Positions 43,277-55,040 of a DNA stretch of 64,000 bases are shown in pieces. Every line of letters starts with the position of its first letter. Position 1 is the stretch's first letter. The notes under the pieces are model-generated. The model did no database searches and was not told where the DNA came from. It saw nothing but the letters and a program-made list of their open reading frames with translations. Source of the stretch: Candidatus Bathyarchaeota archaeon (GTDB taxonomy: Archaea; Thermoproteota; Bathyarchaeia; Bathyarchaeales; Bathycorpusculaceae). The DNA lies in contig OY969706.1 in NCBI GenBank assembly GCA_963702095.1, forward strand, positions 2,240,001 to 2,304,000, read 5' to 3'. Both the position numbers and the translations under genes were made by a program.

Positions 43277-45889
43277 TTATGGTCGTTTCCTAAGCGCTAG
43301 TATACCGAAGATTGCGACTGCGATTATGACCGCTATGCCTGTTCCTACGATAGTCATTGTATAGTCAGCTTGCACTGGTATCTGTGGCTGTGCCGTAGGT
43401 TCTGGTGCATTATCTACTTGTATGGCAGATTCGGCGTATGAGCCGTAATAGGATTTAGAGCCTGCAAATGTAGCAAGGATAGTGTATTTACCGGGAACCT
43501 CCGGAGTAAACACATAGCTATAACTGCCGCTTGTATCACTGGTAGTTCTACCGACTTCATAGAAGTTGTTGTTTGGATCAATCACTGACAAAACCACCTC
43601 AACACCTGTAGCGTTGGTGGGCTGTACCTGATCCATCCACAGATAAGCCATCCATGCACTTTGGGATTCGTCAGAAACTGCGGGAACACCATTGGGGAAA
43701 CGCGTTGTCAGTTCAGTATTTTGTGAATAACCTGGACTATTATCTGTAACTGTGCCTTCCACAATTACGCTGTTGCCATTCACTGAAGTCTTCGGTGATG
43801 CTGTGACAGTTGTTGAGCTTTGACCTTTACCGAAAGCGTAAAGTTGCATATCATAGCTGTTGAGGCCTACAAGGATGCCGTCTGAGATGATGATGTTGCT
43901 TGGGGTAATATAAGCATCAGCCCAGAAAGGCACACTAAATATTTCAGTACCATCAGTCGCATTGATGCAGCGAATCATTGCTCCGCGCCAGAAAGGCTGG
44001 TTTGGCGAGTGCTCACTTGAGGTAAAGTATAGTTTTCCGTCAGACATGCACCCGTATATTAGCGGGTAATTCGGGTAGGGAGATTCTGTTCCAATGGTGT
44101 CAGCAACGTATTTCCAAAGAACATTACCGTTAGTGACGTTGTAAGCGTTTACTTCACCGCCCATGCCATAGGTTATCAACATACCGTCGTAGATTATGCT
44201 ACTCATAGTGAAGAAGTTCCATTCAGTCTCTGGGTCGCTATGCCACACCTGTTGTCCAGTCGTCAAGTCATAAGCATACCATGTCCTTAAGTCATCGTTT
44301 TTAAAGAAGAAGCGGTTGTATTCCGGATACACTTTATCGAAGGTCATAGATAAGTTGCCGGGGGATGTTGATGGCGGCGTAAAAGTAATATTACTCAGCA
44401 GAGTGCCTTCAGAACCTGTCTTCAGGCTTACAGTCCAAAGTTGACCCGTTGTAGTCACTGAAGTCCCTAAGCCTACAGGATTTGAATCTGAAGAGCTTAT
44501 GCCTGTTGTTCCACCGATGATAGATTCGCCTTCACGAATTGACATTATCGAACCAGCTAAGTCAGGCACTGAGACGTTCAATGAGTAACCGTTGGCGCCG
44601 TTTACAGTTGCACTGCCTCTTGCTAAACCGAATTCGCTATCAGCAGCTACAAAGTTGCCAAATGGATCACTTGCACCGAATAGTACAGCTCTTGAAGTAT
44701 TCCAAATTTGCAAATAGCGGTTGGGGTTTGTAGCGTTTCCAATATTAACAATGTTGTAACGCAATACGCTTCCGTCTTTGCCCGTAACAGTTGTGCCGCT
44801 GCCAGCGTTAGTTATGTTGAAAATCGCCTTGTTCGAGTATGGATCATATGCAGTCCATGTGGTGCCGCTGATTGACCATAGATATGGGAAGACTCCGTGC
44901 ACGTTCATAGAATGGTAGTTCATCAACGAAGCAAAGTTTAAGGTTCCTGATCGCCAGAGGTCTGTTAGCTCTTCGCCTGAATACAAATCGTAGACGTAAA
45001 CGCCTGCATTTTGGTCCCATGTGTTGATGTTTCTTTGGCAGTAAATTTTTCCGTCGACTATCACTGAGGGCTGACTAAATGCTTGGTATTCTTTGCCGAT
45101 CCAAAAGCCTTGTGCTGATTCAAAGCGAGCGTCGACAGCGCCACCGACCCAAAACGGCGTTGCCCATAGTACGTGTCCACTCTCTGGAGCTGAACCGTAG
45201 GCATAGTTAGCTGTTCCACCGTAAGAGCCTGTTGGGTAATACTGAGCACCAGAAGAGGTTCCCAGCCAGTTGCCTAAAATTGGCCACCAATCTCTGCTCA
45301 TACTGTTTACTGGACGAGCCCAATACTCAGTTGGAAGCGGAGATTCAACCCACGTCTCAATCGGATCAGCCTGAACTGTCAAAACGAACGGCTCACTAGT
45401 ACTATCCCCGAAGGTATCGTTGAGATAGGCTTGGTTATATTGTGACTGCGTTGTTCCTGGGCGTAACCCTAATCCCAAATCCCAAGTTATGGTCTCTTTG
45501 GAGTGGTGAGCTACAAATGTGTAGTTACCCTCTTGATCAGGCACATAAACAAAGGAGGCTGCGCCCGCTGCATCAGACATTATAGTGCGTGTTTCGTTAG
45601 TGTTGTCAGGCTTGGTGATTGTTAAGTCGAAAGTCCATCTGCCGCCATATCCATAATTATCAGCTGTCGGCGGCCACCAGTTAAGCCAGACAACGACAAG
45701 CGCGTCTTGACTTACACCAATAGGATTCGGTGACACTGTGACGTAGGTAAAGGTATCATAATTCCATGCGGGAGTGTGCGATTGAGCCATTGGCAAAGCA
45801 ATAAGTGAGATTACAGCGGTTACCATTAGAATCAAGGCCAGCATCGTAAGTTCTGTCTTACCAAGTTTTATTTGTCTAATTTCTTTCAT
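43277..45889 (-). CDS. PQQ-like beta-propeller surface protein (paralog 3)
   Basis: Intact 870 aa; SEHSP motif and C-terminal TM helix plus RKRP. Confidence 0.88.
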   Translation of the reverse strand: MKEIRQIKLGKTELTMLALILMVTAVISLIALPMAQSHTPAWNYDTFTYVTVSPNPIGVSQDALVVVWLNWWPPTADNYGYGGRWTFDLTITKPDNTNETRTIMSDAAGAASFVYVPDQEGNYTFVAHHSKETITWDLGLGLRPGTTQSQYNQAYLNDTFGDSTSEPFVLTVQADPIETWVESPLPTEYWARPVNSMSRDWWPILGNWLGTSSGAQYYPTGSYGGTANYAYGSAPESGHVLWATPFWVGGAVDARFESAQGFWIGKEYQAFSQPSVIVDGKIYCQRNINTWDQNAGVYVYDLYSGEELTDLWRSGTLNFASLMNYHSMNVHGVFPYLWSISGTTWTAYDPYSNKAIFNITNAGSGTTVTGKDGSVLRYNIVNIGNATNPNRYLQIWNTSRAVLFGASDPFGNFVAADSEFGLARGSATVNGANGYSLNVSVPDLAGSIMSIREGESIIGGTTGISSSDSNPVGLGTSVTTTGQLWTVSLKTGSEGTLLSNITFTPPSTSPGNLSMTFDKVYPEYNRFFFKNDDLRTWYAYDLTTGQQVWHSDPETEWNFFTMSSIIYDGMLITYGMGGEVNAYNVTNGNVLWKYVADTIGTESPYPNYPLIYGCMSDGKLYFTSSEHSPNQPFWRGAMIRCINATDGTEIFSVPFWADAYITPSNIIISDGILVGLNSYDMQLYAFGKGQSSTTVTASPKTSVNGNSVIVEGTVTDNSPGYSQNTELTTRFPNGVPAVSDESQSAWMAYLWMDQVQPTNATGVEVVLSVIDPNNNFYEVGRTTSDTSGSYSYVFTPEVPGKYTILATFAGSKSYYGSYAESAIQVDNAPEPTAQPQIPVQADYTMTIVGTGIAVIIAVAIFGILALRKRP

Positions 45890-45940
45890 TTTTATTCGCC
45901 TTAACCTTATTTTTTTCCTACATAGCGCTAATAAGCGTCA

Positions 45941-45955
45941 CTCACGTATAGTGAG
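45941..45955. promoter_or_regulatory. Operator CTCAC-N5-GTGAG
   Basis: Six nt upstream of TTATTA box; same motif and spacing at 49915-49929. Confidence 0.7.
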
Positions 45956-46033
45956 CGTCAAAAAACGTTAACGTTTTTCGAATTTCGCTAAAAAGGAAAA
46001 AAAAATAAGACACAAACAAAACATCTTAAAGCT

Positions 46034-46711
46034 ATGTTCGATATCGAGCGAATAGTAATAGAGATGGTTTCAGCAATAGCCTGCTTCATCCTCGTAAAAT
46101 TCATGATAAAACCGTTTCAACTGACAGGAGAAACTAGACATCTTTTTTTAGCTCTCGGATTTGGTTTACTTGGCGCATCCTACGCGTTTTCAGCCATATC
46201 GTTCGCGCTTGAAGCACTCCAAACGTGGTCACCTGTTTTCATTAGCTGGTTCTGGGTGGAGCTTCTGGTGAGAGCATTCGCCTTCCTATTTCTCGCAATT
46301 ACATATTACTTTTCAAGATTGGAGAAAAAAACTAAGCCATTATGGAATACAACCCTTGTTATTTTAGTGGCTCTTTTGGCAGTTTTAATCCTATCGGCGA
46401 TTATTTTTCCACAGTTGCCTTGGTCAAGTTATATAACCATCAATATTTATGTGCGGTTTTTTTCTTTGATATGCCTTCTTTACATTTCGATTCAATCTTT
46501 GAGAAGCCATATTGAGCAGGCAGAGCCAAAAACACTTATGGTTCCATTAGGGTACATTCTACTTGGAATAGGAACCTATTCATCGTTGATCGGTGCCGTT
46601 GACTTAACGCTTTTTCCGCTTTTTGGAGCGTTAGTGCTACGCCTAGCTGGTCTCGCGGTCTTGCTTTTCGTTTGCTATAAAACATTCTATAGTAAAGACA
46701 AGAGGGTATAA
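46034..46711 (+). CDS. Multi-TM membrane protein (putative sensor)
   Basis: About seven TM helices; paralog of 50398-51072; directly precedes a wHTH gene. Confidence 0.75.
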   Translation: MFDIERIVIEMVSAIACFILVKFMIKPFQLTGETRHLFLALGFGLLGASYAFSAISFALEALQTWSPVFISWFWVELLVRAFAFLFLAITYYFSRLEKKTKPLWNTTLVILVALLAVLILSAIIFPQLPWSSYITINIYVRFFSLICLLYISIQSLRSHIEQAEPKTLMVPLGYILLGIGTYSSLIGAVDLTLFPLFGALVLRLAGLAVLLFVCYKTFYSKDKRV

Positions 46712-46713
46712 AC

Positions 46714-46989
46714 GTGAAAATTCAGCGACGTGACAAATTGAAGATTTATGGCGATCTTCTATTTGCCCTCCGTTCTGAATCCAGCACTGAAAAGATTGTG
46801 TTATCCCGAGTTCAAGCAAGAATAAGAGTCCCTTTTGATCGTCTAAAAACATACATTGCAGAGCTAGTGAGTCTTGGTCTGATTGAAGATGAGAGCACAA
46901 TGAGGATTACAAAAAAAGGAACAGAATACCTTAGAGAATACGAAAAGGTCCTTGATTTTATGAAACGCATGGGTATTGCATATCGATAA
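46714..46989 (+). CDS. Small winged-helix regulator (HTH_45-like)
   Basis: RRDKL.IYGDLL...VPFDRLK.YI.EL..LGLI...IT.KG.EYL. Confidence 0.85.
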   Translation: MKIQRRDKLKIYGDLLFALRSESSTEKIVLSRVQARIRVPFDRLKTYIAELVSLGLIEDESTMRITKKGTEYLREYEKVLDFMKRMGIAYR

Positions 46990-47073
46990 TTTTCAAGGTC
47001 AAAAATTTTTCTAGTATCACCCCCAGAAGAATCAATCTAAATTTGTAAACCTTAGTTTTATTCTTTTGTAAAG

Positions 47074-47180
47074 GGTTTGCTGGGGCTCTGGAACCCGAAC
47101 TAAAGGAGAAAAGAACGGAAAATGCAACTAAACCATTCTCAACCGCGACTACGTTAATTTTATCTAGAGCTTCTCAGCCA
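47074..47180 (-). ncRNA. BHB-type RNA element, copy 4 (degenerate 5' arm)
   Basis: 5' arm GCUG-AG-AAGCUCUAGA has mismatches and a 1-nt deletion; core and 3' arm conserved. Confidence 0.6.
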
Positions 47181-47244
47181 ACAGTTATAAATGCAATTTT
47201 GATCCCAAAAAAGGGGGAAAAGGGAAATTGTTTGTTTTTTGTGT

Positions 47245-49860
47245 TTATGGCCGTTTTCTAATCAAGAGTACGCCGACTATCGCTATCGAGATGATTATGG
47301 CGATTACACCGATTGCTAAGTACGTTAGAATTTCACTAGTTGTTGCTAAGTCTGTTTGAACCTGCTGTGTAGGTGCTGGTGTGGCTGCTTCACTTGCATA
47401 GAATGCTGTTTGCGCTGACGCTGGATAGTACGAGTTGGAGCCGGCAAAGCTTGCGATTATCTGGTAGTTGCCTGAAATGTCGGGTGTCCATGTAAAGCCG
47501 AAGGTGCCGCTCGCAGTACTCGTTGTTTGTCCAATTTCGCGGTAGTTGCCGTTTGAGTCGATAACACTAATCGTAATGGGCACACCAGTGATGTTGTAAG
47601 GCATATCTTGCTGCTGGTAGACTGCTTCCATGAAAGCGCTTTGGCTTTCGTCAGAGACACAGGGCAATCCGTAGGGGTATTTGGATGATACTAGAGTTGA
47701 TTCTGTGCCTGGCGAGAAGTCCAAGATTGAGCCTGAGATGGTAATCGGTGTAGAGGTAGTTACTCCGACTGCTGGGGCCTCAACTGTGATACCGCTTGCA
47801 CCTTTGCCGAAGCAGTAAAGCATGTTGTCGTAGGCATTTAGGGATACAAGTTTGCTGTATGCGATGGCTGTGGAGGTGACGCTTGTGTCCAATGTGCGCC
47901 AGATGAGCGAGCCGTCCGTTAAGTTGAGTGCATAGAGTTGGCATCCGTGGAATAGCGGTGGGTTGTATTCATGACCGCCTGTGATGTATGCAACATTATT
48001 GGATTCACAACCGCTTGCAAAACTCCAAAGTGGCCAGATGTTGTAGGGTGTCTCAATTCCAGATGGACCTTGGAGTTTTGTTGTGTTGGAGTACCAGTTT
48101 ATCTCGCCAGTTTTACTATTAACGCTCCAGATGTCTCCGCCTAAACTGTTGACTATGAACGCGTTGTTTGCCTGATACAATTTCATACCAAAGACGTCGT
48201 ATATGTTTGGTTCTGCGCCGTTATCGCCTGTCAGCTGTACTTCCCATGCTTTACTGCAATCCTTTGTGTTTATACCAACGAAATAGCCGTTGACGTTGTT
48301 GCAGATACCGTAGATGCCGTCGCCTGCTACGGTTCCAGTTCTACTCCAAGGCAGCATTGCATTTATCGTCGGATATGTCAAGTTTGCAGAGCCAACTACG
48401 GCACCGGTGTCTTGATTCATTGTTACAATGCAAGTGTAGCCTTTTTGTCCCGTGCTCGGGTTTCCTGCGGTCAAAACCAATTCATTGCCAGTTATTGCAC
48501 TCAATCCAAGGGCGGGGTCAATGGAGACACCGCTGATATTGTTTGGCACTGGCACATCCCACATATAACCTGAGCTAAAGGCGCGGACAGTATTTTTAGA
48601 TACGCTAAACTGACCCGCTGTAAATCCTGCAGCCATGGTCAGGTTAACGCAGGTTAAGTGTGGACCAGTGTTTGTTACAATAGCGTCTGTTGATTGTGTC
48701 GGATGTACGATTTGTGTACCTGCTGTGTTGTTGATAAAGTAGCCGATCAAGTTACCGTTTTCGTCGTTCCGGATTTTTAAATCAGAACCGTTTACTATGC
48801 TGAGAACGTAACTTCCTGTGACAGCGTCGAAGAGGTTCCATTGTGTTCCTGTATTGCGAGGGATGGAACCGCCAGTTTCGCCTGCAGCACAAGTGCCTGT
48901 GGTCCATAGGAATGGTCCGAGAACACCGTACTCGTTCAGGTTTTGATGGAAAGTAACCATGCCGCACCGCAATGTACTCGTAGTGTTGAGCAGCCAAAGA
49001 GTCTCACCAGTATACACGTCGATGGCTATGATGCCTTGTTTACCGGCAGTGCCTGTAGTTGAAGTAAACCATGTGGAGTATAGTATGCCGTTGATGATGA
49101 CAGGAGCGTATCTGGGCTGATACTGGAATGTTGACCAGTAGTGAGACGTAACTTCGTTTCCGCCAAGTTCTCCGCCTGCTACACCGCCGCCGCACCAAGC
49201 TTTCTTCCACAGAACGTGGCCGGATAATACGTCTTCGGTGTATGGATTGTAGTTGCTAGTACTGTTGTATGCGCCTGTGATAGTGAAGGAACTAGCGCCG
49301 GCATATCCATACCAAGCGCCAGTAATCGAGTACCAGTTTTGCGAGTTTTGCGCGGATACCGGTGTTTCCCAATAAGTAGCTGGGAGTGGTGTGAAGGGGT
49401 ATGAGCGTCCAATGTTAGGTTCCTCTTGGACAATAAGCGTTGTTGGTTTACTTGTACTAGCATCAGCGATCATTCCGTTTGTCAATGTTTGTCCTTTGAA
49501 GTAGAATTGTATTGTGTAGTTGCCGACCTTGTCTGGGGCAAAGTACGCACAGGTGCCTTCAGTCGTGTCGGATGTATATGGTCCTAAGGTGGTATTAGTT
49601 CCATCGGGTTTAACTATGTCTACGTAGAAGGGTGTCGCTACTTCACCAGTTGGATATGGAGTTGCAAGGAATATGTTGAGGGTGACTTGTTGACCGACTC
49701 CAGCAGGGTTAGGAAAGACGTTAAGGTAAGCAAAGGTTGGCATGTGGGTCCCTGTGGGGAAAGTGCTATCTCCGTAGGCTGGATGCACTGCGATAACCAT
49801 TGAAAGCAACATTATTATAGCGAGAAAAGCAATCGTAATTTCTTTTTTACGTATTTTCAT
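47245..49860 (-). CDS. PQQ-like beta-propeller surface protein (paralog 4)
   Basis: Intact 871 aa; HEYNPPLFHG and C-terminal TM helix plus RKRP. Confidence 0.88.
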   Translation of the reverse strand: MKIRKKEITIAFLAIIMLLSMVIAVHPAYGDSTFPTGTHMPTFAYLNVFPNPAGVGQQVTLNIFLATPYPTGEVATPFYVDIVKPDGTNTTLGPYTSDTTEGTCAYFAPDKVGNYTIQFYFKGQTLTNGMIADASTSKPTTLIVQEEPNIGRSYPFTPLPATYWETPVSAQNSQNWYSITGAWYGYAGASSFTITGAYNSTSNYNPYTEDVLSGHVLWKKAWCGGGVAGGELGGNEVTSHYWSTFQYQPRYAPVIINGILYSTWFTSTTGTAGKQGIIAIDVYTGETLWLLNTTSTLRCGMVTFHQNLNEYGVLGPFLWTTGTCAAGETGGSIPRNTGTQWNLFDAVTGSYVLSIVNGSDLKIRNDENGNLIGYFINNTAGTQIVHPTQSTDAIVTNTGPHLTCVNLTMAAGFTAGQFSVSKNTVRAFSSGYMWDVPVPNNISGVSIDPALGLSAITGNELVLTAGNPSTGQKGYTCIVTMNQDTGAVVGSANLTYPTINAMLPWSRTGTVAGDGIYGICNNVNGYFVGINTKDCSKAWEVQLTGDNGAEPNIYDVFGMKLYQANNAFIVNSLGGDIWSVNSKTGEINWYSNTTKLQGPSGIETPYNIWPLWSFASGCESNNVAYITGGHEYNPPLFHGCQLYALNLTDGSLIWRTLDTSVTSTAIAYSKLVSLNAYDNMLYCFGKGASGITVEAPAVGVTTSTPITISGSILDFSPGTESTLVSSKYPYGLPCVSDESQSAFMEAVYQQQDMPYNITGVPITISVIDSNGNYREIGQTTSTASGTFGFTWTPDISGNYQIIASFAGSNSYYPASAQTAFYASEAATPAPTQQVQTDLATTSEILTYLAIGVIAIIISIAIVGVLLIRKRP

Positions 49861-49914
49861 TTTTATTTCTCCTGATGTGGCTGCTTGTATGTGGTGGAGC
49901 AGTAATAAGGCTCG

Positions 49915-49929
49915 CTCACTTTTCGTGAG
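49915..49929. promoter_or_regulatory. Operator CTCAC-N5-GTGAG
   Basis: Six nt upstream of TTATTA (49903-49908, minus strand); matches 45941-45955. Confidence 0.7.
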
Positions 49930-50397
49930 TGCAAAAATGTATCAATATTTTTTTGGTATCGATTCTTTAAATAGTCAGAATAGCATCAAATATGTTTATC
50001 CATTAACTGGAATTCCCTGTCACCAGTGCTGTTGCTGAATCATTCTAAGGTGCTTATAGCAACTCGGGCACACCAGACTTATTTTTTTTGCCATGGTCAT
50101 TCGCCATTCAATTGATGTTATTGGGTCAATGCCTTGTTGCCTGCATTTTCAGGCACTTCTGGAGAGAGGTTAGTCGTTTGCATTAATGATGTTTAATTTA
50201 CTTCTTGTTTCACCATCGGCGGTCGTTAACGCTATAGGAAAAGAGACGACCTCTAAGCCAACAAGCCCCATCGTGTTATTTGCGAATAAAAGTTAGCAAC
50301 AGCATGTTTTTAACGAATACAACTAAACCAACAAATTTTTAGAGTATTTAGCGGAAAATCGAAAGTAAAATAAAGATAGGATGTGTAGCTTAGCGGT

Positions 50398-51072
50398 ATG
50401 TACCCTGACAACAATTATGCTACTTACCGGATGATAGCGGAGTTTGCAGCAGCGATTATCTGCATTGTTCTCGTATGGTTCATGTCAAAACCATACAAGT
50501 TGACTAGGAAGGGAAGTTATCTGGGTTTACCACTTGGATTTGGGTTTCTAGGGTTATCATTTCTTCTAGGAGGCATCTCTATTTCAAAAATATTGCCTTC
50601 TAATGCTAATGATATATTTTGGTTACCATGTTTAACTAAAACATTCGCATTCATTTTCATCGCGGCAACATATTTTTTTGCAACCAGAAATTCAGAACTA
50701 AACCGCAAAGTCGGAGACATTACTATTGGGGTCTTAATAGCAGCTCTCGTTGCTTCAATCCTACTTGCATTTGCCGCTCCACAACTTGCTTTAGACTACA
50801 CAGCGGCGAATCAGTACCTAAGAATCTTTAACGTATTTTGTTTAATCTACGTAGTTGTCTTCACACTTCAGAGGCATATTAAGAATCTTGATCCGACAAC
50901 CATTTGGATTCCTTTGGGTTTTATTTTTCTTGCCGTAAGTCAGTATTCACTACTCTTTTGGTATATTGATTATAGTTTTTCTGCATTCGTAGGAGCTCTT
51001 ATCTTGCGGTTTATTGGTTTAGGGATCTTTCTTTTCGTTGCTTATCACAGCTTCTACAAAGAGGCCGGATAA
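50398..51072 (+). CDS. Multi-TM membrane protein (putative sensor)
   Basis: Paralog of 46034-46711 (FM.KP..LT, LGFG.LG, AF.F.A.TYFF, PLG). Confidence 0.75.
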   Translation: MYPDNNYATYRMIAEFAAAIICIVLVWFMSKPYKLTRKGSYLGLPLGFGFLGLSFLLGGISISKILPSNANDIFWLPCLTKTFAFIFIAATYFFATRNSELNRKVGDITIGVLIAALVASILLAFAAPQLALDYTAANQYLRIFNVFCLIYVVVFTLQRHIKNLDPTTIWIPLGFIFLAVSQYSLLFWYIDYSFSAFVGALILRFIGLGIFLFVAYHSFYKEAG

Positions 51073-51073
51073 A

Positions 51074-51346
51074 ATGAAAAAGATTCCTCGCAGAGACAAA
51101 TTGATGCTTTATGGAGATCTTTTGTCTGTGCTGAGGGACAATAATTACTGTGAAAAAGTAGTTTTAACTAGAATCCAAGTGCGAATTAATGTACCGTTTG
51201 ATAGACTAAAAAATTATATTGAGGAACTAAAAAACCTTGGTTTAATTGAAGACGAGGAATCGCTTCAACTCACCGAAAAAGGAAAGGAATACCTAAAGGA
51301 GTATAAACAGATTCTGCGTTTCATGAAACGCATGGGACTTACCTAA
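51074..51346 (+). CDS. Small winged-helix regulator (HTH_45-like)
   Basis: Paralog of 46714-46989; ATG at 51074. Confidence 0.85.
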   Translation: MKKIPRRDKLMLYGDLLSVLRDNNYCEKVVLTRIQVRINVPFDRLKNYIEELKNLGLIEDEESLQLTEKGKEYLKEYKQILRFMKRMGLT

Positions 51347-51377
51347 TAGTGAAAAAGGTCTTTGCACTGTGCTCCCG

Positions 51378-51498
51378 AAATGGTTTGCTGGGGCTCTGGA
51401 ACCCGTTTAAGGAAGAAAAGAATGGAAAATGCAACTAAACCATCCTTCAACTACCCTACTACTAGGTTAACTTGATCCAGAGCCCACTCAGCCCATTT
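51378..51498 (-). ncRNA. BHB-closed RNA element, copy 5 (full hBHBh' geometry)
   Basis: AAAUGG-GCUG-AGU-GGGCUCUGGA...UCCAGAGCCC-CAGC-AAA-CCAUUU; 6-bp outer helix. Confidence 0.8.
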
Positions 51499-51561
51499 TT
51501 TATCCATTACATTTATTGTTCCCAAAAAAAGGGAAAGGGAAAGTTGTTTGTTACCTGTTTT

Positions 51562-54343
51562 TTATGGTCGTTTTCTAAGCAGAAGCAGTGTGGCTATTGC
51601 AATTGCAATTATGATAGCGACAGCAGTAACTGCCATGTACATCAATAGGTCACTGGTTGTAGCTAAGCCAGTTTGAGGCGGCTGTGTTGGCGCTGCTGTT
51701 GCTGCTTCACTTGCATAGAGTGCTGTTGAAGCCGAAGCTGGATAATACGAGTTGGAGCCTGAGAAGCTTGCGTAGATTTTATAGTTTCCAATAATGTCTG
51801 GTGTCCATGTATAGCTGAAAGTACCGTCAGCATCGCTTGTAGTTGTGCCAATCTCGCGGTAGTTGCCATTAGAGTCAACAACAGCTAACGTGATTGGAAC
51901 TCCAATAGTATTCGATGGTAACGGTTGTTGCTGGTAGACATACTCCATCCATTTGCTTTGGCTTTCATCTGAAACACATGGCACGCCATTGGGGAATCTT
52001 AATGCGACTTCGTTTTGCTTTGTCATTGTAATGTCAGGTGAAGTAATTGCTCTTGTGCCAGGCGAAATATCCATTATTGTACCTCTTATAGTCAACGGTG
52101 TTGCAGTTGTTAAGCCGACATCAGGGGCTGTAACGGTCATAGTGCATGGACCCTTGCCCCAAGCGTATATCTGGTTGTCATAAGCGTTCATTGACAGCAC
52201 AATGTTGTAAGCGACTGCGGTAGACCTAATGTACATGCCTAATTCGCTCCAAACTAACGAGCCATCAGTCATGTTGAGTGCTATCATCTGTGAGCCATGG
52301 AATAGCGGTGGGTTATACTCGTGACCAACGGTGAGGTACGCCACATTAGTCGTGTAGCCAGGTGAGCTGAAAACCCACAGTGGCCAAACGTCATAGGGCG
52401 TTTCAATGCCTGGGTCACCGATCAGTGTAGTTGTGTTCGTGTACCAGAGTTCAGCGCCTGTATGAGAGTCAAAGCACCATACATCTCCTCCTAAGCCGTA
52501 CCAGAGTAATTTACCGTTTACGAATTGGTTGCTGATTCCAAAGTTGTCGTAGACGTTTGGTGTTCCGTCTCCGTAAGGTGTCTCAAGTGTTGTGGTCCAT
52601 AGTTTATCTCCGGTTCTTGTACTGTATGCTGCCATTTCCCAATTAACTAGGTTGACAGTTACGAATTGTCCATCTCCGAATGCGCGGCTTGTTCTGGTGA
52701 AGGGCAGAAGTTCTGTTGATCCGCCTGCATATGTATAGTTCTTGCACCATAACTCGGCGCCAGTGTTCAAGTCCATTGCACAGTAAATTAGCCAGCCAGG
52801 TACTTCGTCACCGCCTCCTTGCATGTGGATGAATCCAGCGCTAAGCACCAATTCGTTGCCAGTTATCGAACTCAGCGAGAGAGAGAGCCTTGGAGTAGTT
52901 GGAGATGTAGATATCGGTGTGCCATCATCAGTTGTAGTTGGTACGTCTACGGTCCACATGACTCCGTCTTGCCAGTTGTATGCTCTGTTTAGGGTTGGTC
53001 CCCATCCAAAGGCTGCGGCGCATGCCAAGAGCCATGGTTAGGTTAACGCATGTTAAGTGCGGTCCAGTGGTGTTCACAAGGACTTGTTGAATTCCTGTGC
53101 CGCCGCCTGAACCTGCAGCTGCGGATGTTCCTGGATAAGGATAGGTAGGTTCGTTTATGCCTGCGGTATTGTTAATGTAGTAGCCCATCAAGTTTCCGTT
53201 GTCGTCTTCTCTGAGCGTCACTGAGGAACCGTTGACGATGCTGCATATGTATTTTCCATCCCAGCCTGAATAGAGGTTCCACTGCGTTCCACGGTTATTG
53301 TATACTACTCCGCCTGTGTCTGCTGCGGGAAGCGTTCCAGTCGTCCAAATATAGGGACCAACAGCACCGTACTGATTAGCCATGTGGAATTTAGTGACCA
53401 TTCCGCATTTCAAGGCGTTTGTTGTGTTTATTGTCCAAAGTGTTGCGCCAGTGTATAAGTCTGAGCATATGATACCGTGAGCTAAGTTTGTGGCTTCTGG
53501 GTATGATGTTGAGTACATTCTGCCGTTTATTATGACTGGTGCATACTGAGGCTGGTACTGCCTAGTTGACCAGTAGCTGCCTGAGTCTTCTGATCCGCCG
53601 CTTGTTCCAACGCTTTCACCGCCAGCTACACCACCTGAAAGCCACTCTTTTGTCCAAAGAACGTGACCTGAATAGACAGAATCAGTGTAGGGGTTGTATC
53701 GTGTGGTAGCATTGTATGCGCCAGTTTGTGCGAAAGTGATTGAGCCAAGGCGAAGCCAGTCTCCTGTAACCTTAGACCATTCCTGCACGTTCTCTGCGCT
53801 GACGGGGGTTTGCCACCAATCAGTTGGAAGTGGAGTAATCGGATAGGCAGTGCGCTCTAGCGGTTCCTGTTGAACGGTCAGAACGTAAGGTTTGCTTACG
53901 CTAGGCATTTCATAGAGACTACCATAGCCTCCCTCTGTAATGTTGCGTCCAGTTAATTGTTGTCCGCCATAGTAGAATGTGAATGTGTAGTTGCCGACTT
54001 TATCTGGGACAAAGTTGAAGAATGTTCCGCCTGTGGTGTCTCCAGTGTAGGGTCCGAAGGTTTTTGGGGTGCCATCTGGGTCGACCATTTTAACGGTCAT
54101 GTTAGTTGGGCGTTCACTGGTTTCTAGCGCTGATGATACGAAGAAGTTGACGTTGACTGTTTGTCCGACACCCACTGGGTTTGGAGCTACGTTGATGAAA
54201 GCATATGTTGGGACTTGATAGTTTTCGGGGAATAAGACTTGTGCGAATGTGCTTGAGGTTAATGCCATAGAAATTGTCAAAGAAGCTATTAGAAATGTTG
54301 CTAGCAATGTAATTATTTTATTTTTATTGAATTTTGTTTGCAT
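51562..54343 (-). CDS. PQQ-like beta-propeller surface protein (paralog 5), apparent frameshift near 53025
   Basis: Two overlapping ORFs join collinearly with paralogs 2 and 4. Confidence 0.85.
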
Positions 54344-54524
54344 AATTTCTTTTTCCTTTATTCATATACGAAACGAAAGTTTCGTAAACCTAAGTTATGA
54401 CTTTTCAATATAAGGCAGTGTAGAAGGCGCCACTTACAACAGTTTGGAAGGTTGAAGAGAATTCATTTTCGCAAGCCCCCACTGGCAAAGCTTAAAAATA
54501 GATTGGGCTAATAAAGAAGGCGCT

Positions 54525-55040
54525 ATGTTCCAAGAAGAAGCACTCCAGACACTTATGACTTTGGACTTTCACTTCTGCAATAGAAAATTTACATTTGTTC
54601 ATAATATCAGGAGCAAATGGGATAAGAGGACGACAACTATCAAAAATTCGGAAATTTGTCGTGAGGTTGTATATCGAGTTTTGTCGCCGCTTGAAAAGAA
54701 GGGTTTAGTCGAAAAGATAATATTTCAAGCAACCAGATACAAACCCCTTCCATTCGAAGACGGGGTTCGTTTGCTATAAAGAAAGAGTCAGAAAAATTTC
54801 ATGAAAAAGAAGGCTAAATCTGTTCTTCAGAAATATGTTCCAGATAGTAATTCCGTTGAAAAAGAATCAACATTCATTATTGCGTCTGAATTCTCCTTAT
54901 TACTAACCAAGAAATCCCAGTCTGTCGATCTATTTTCGATAATAAAGAAGTAATACTTCGCACCAACAAGAGCATCGTTCCAGCAATATGGACAAATAAC
55001 GAAAATATAGTGAAATTAACAGCGATTTACTTTAAATGAT
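54525..55040 (+). pseudogene. Decayed TrmB-family regulator (duplicate of 55266-56066)
   Basis: Multiple indels, stops and a large internal deletion; DNA similarity at both ends. Confidence 0.85.
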
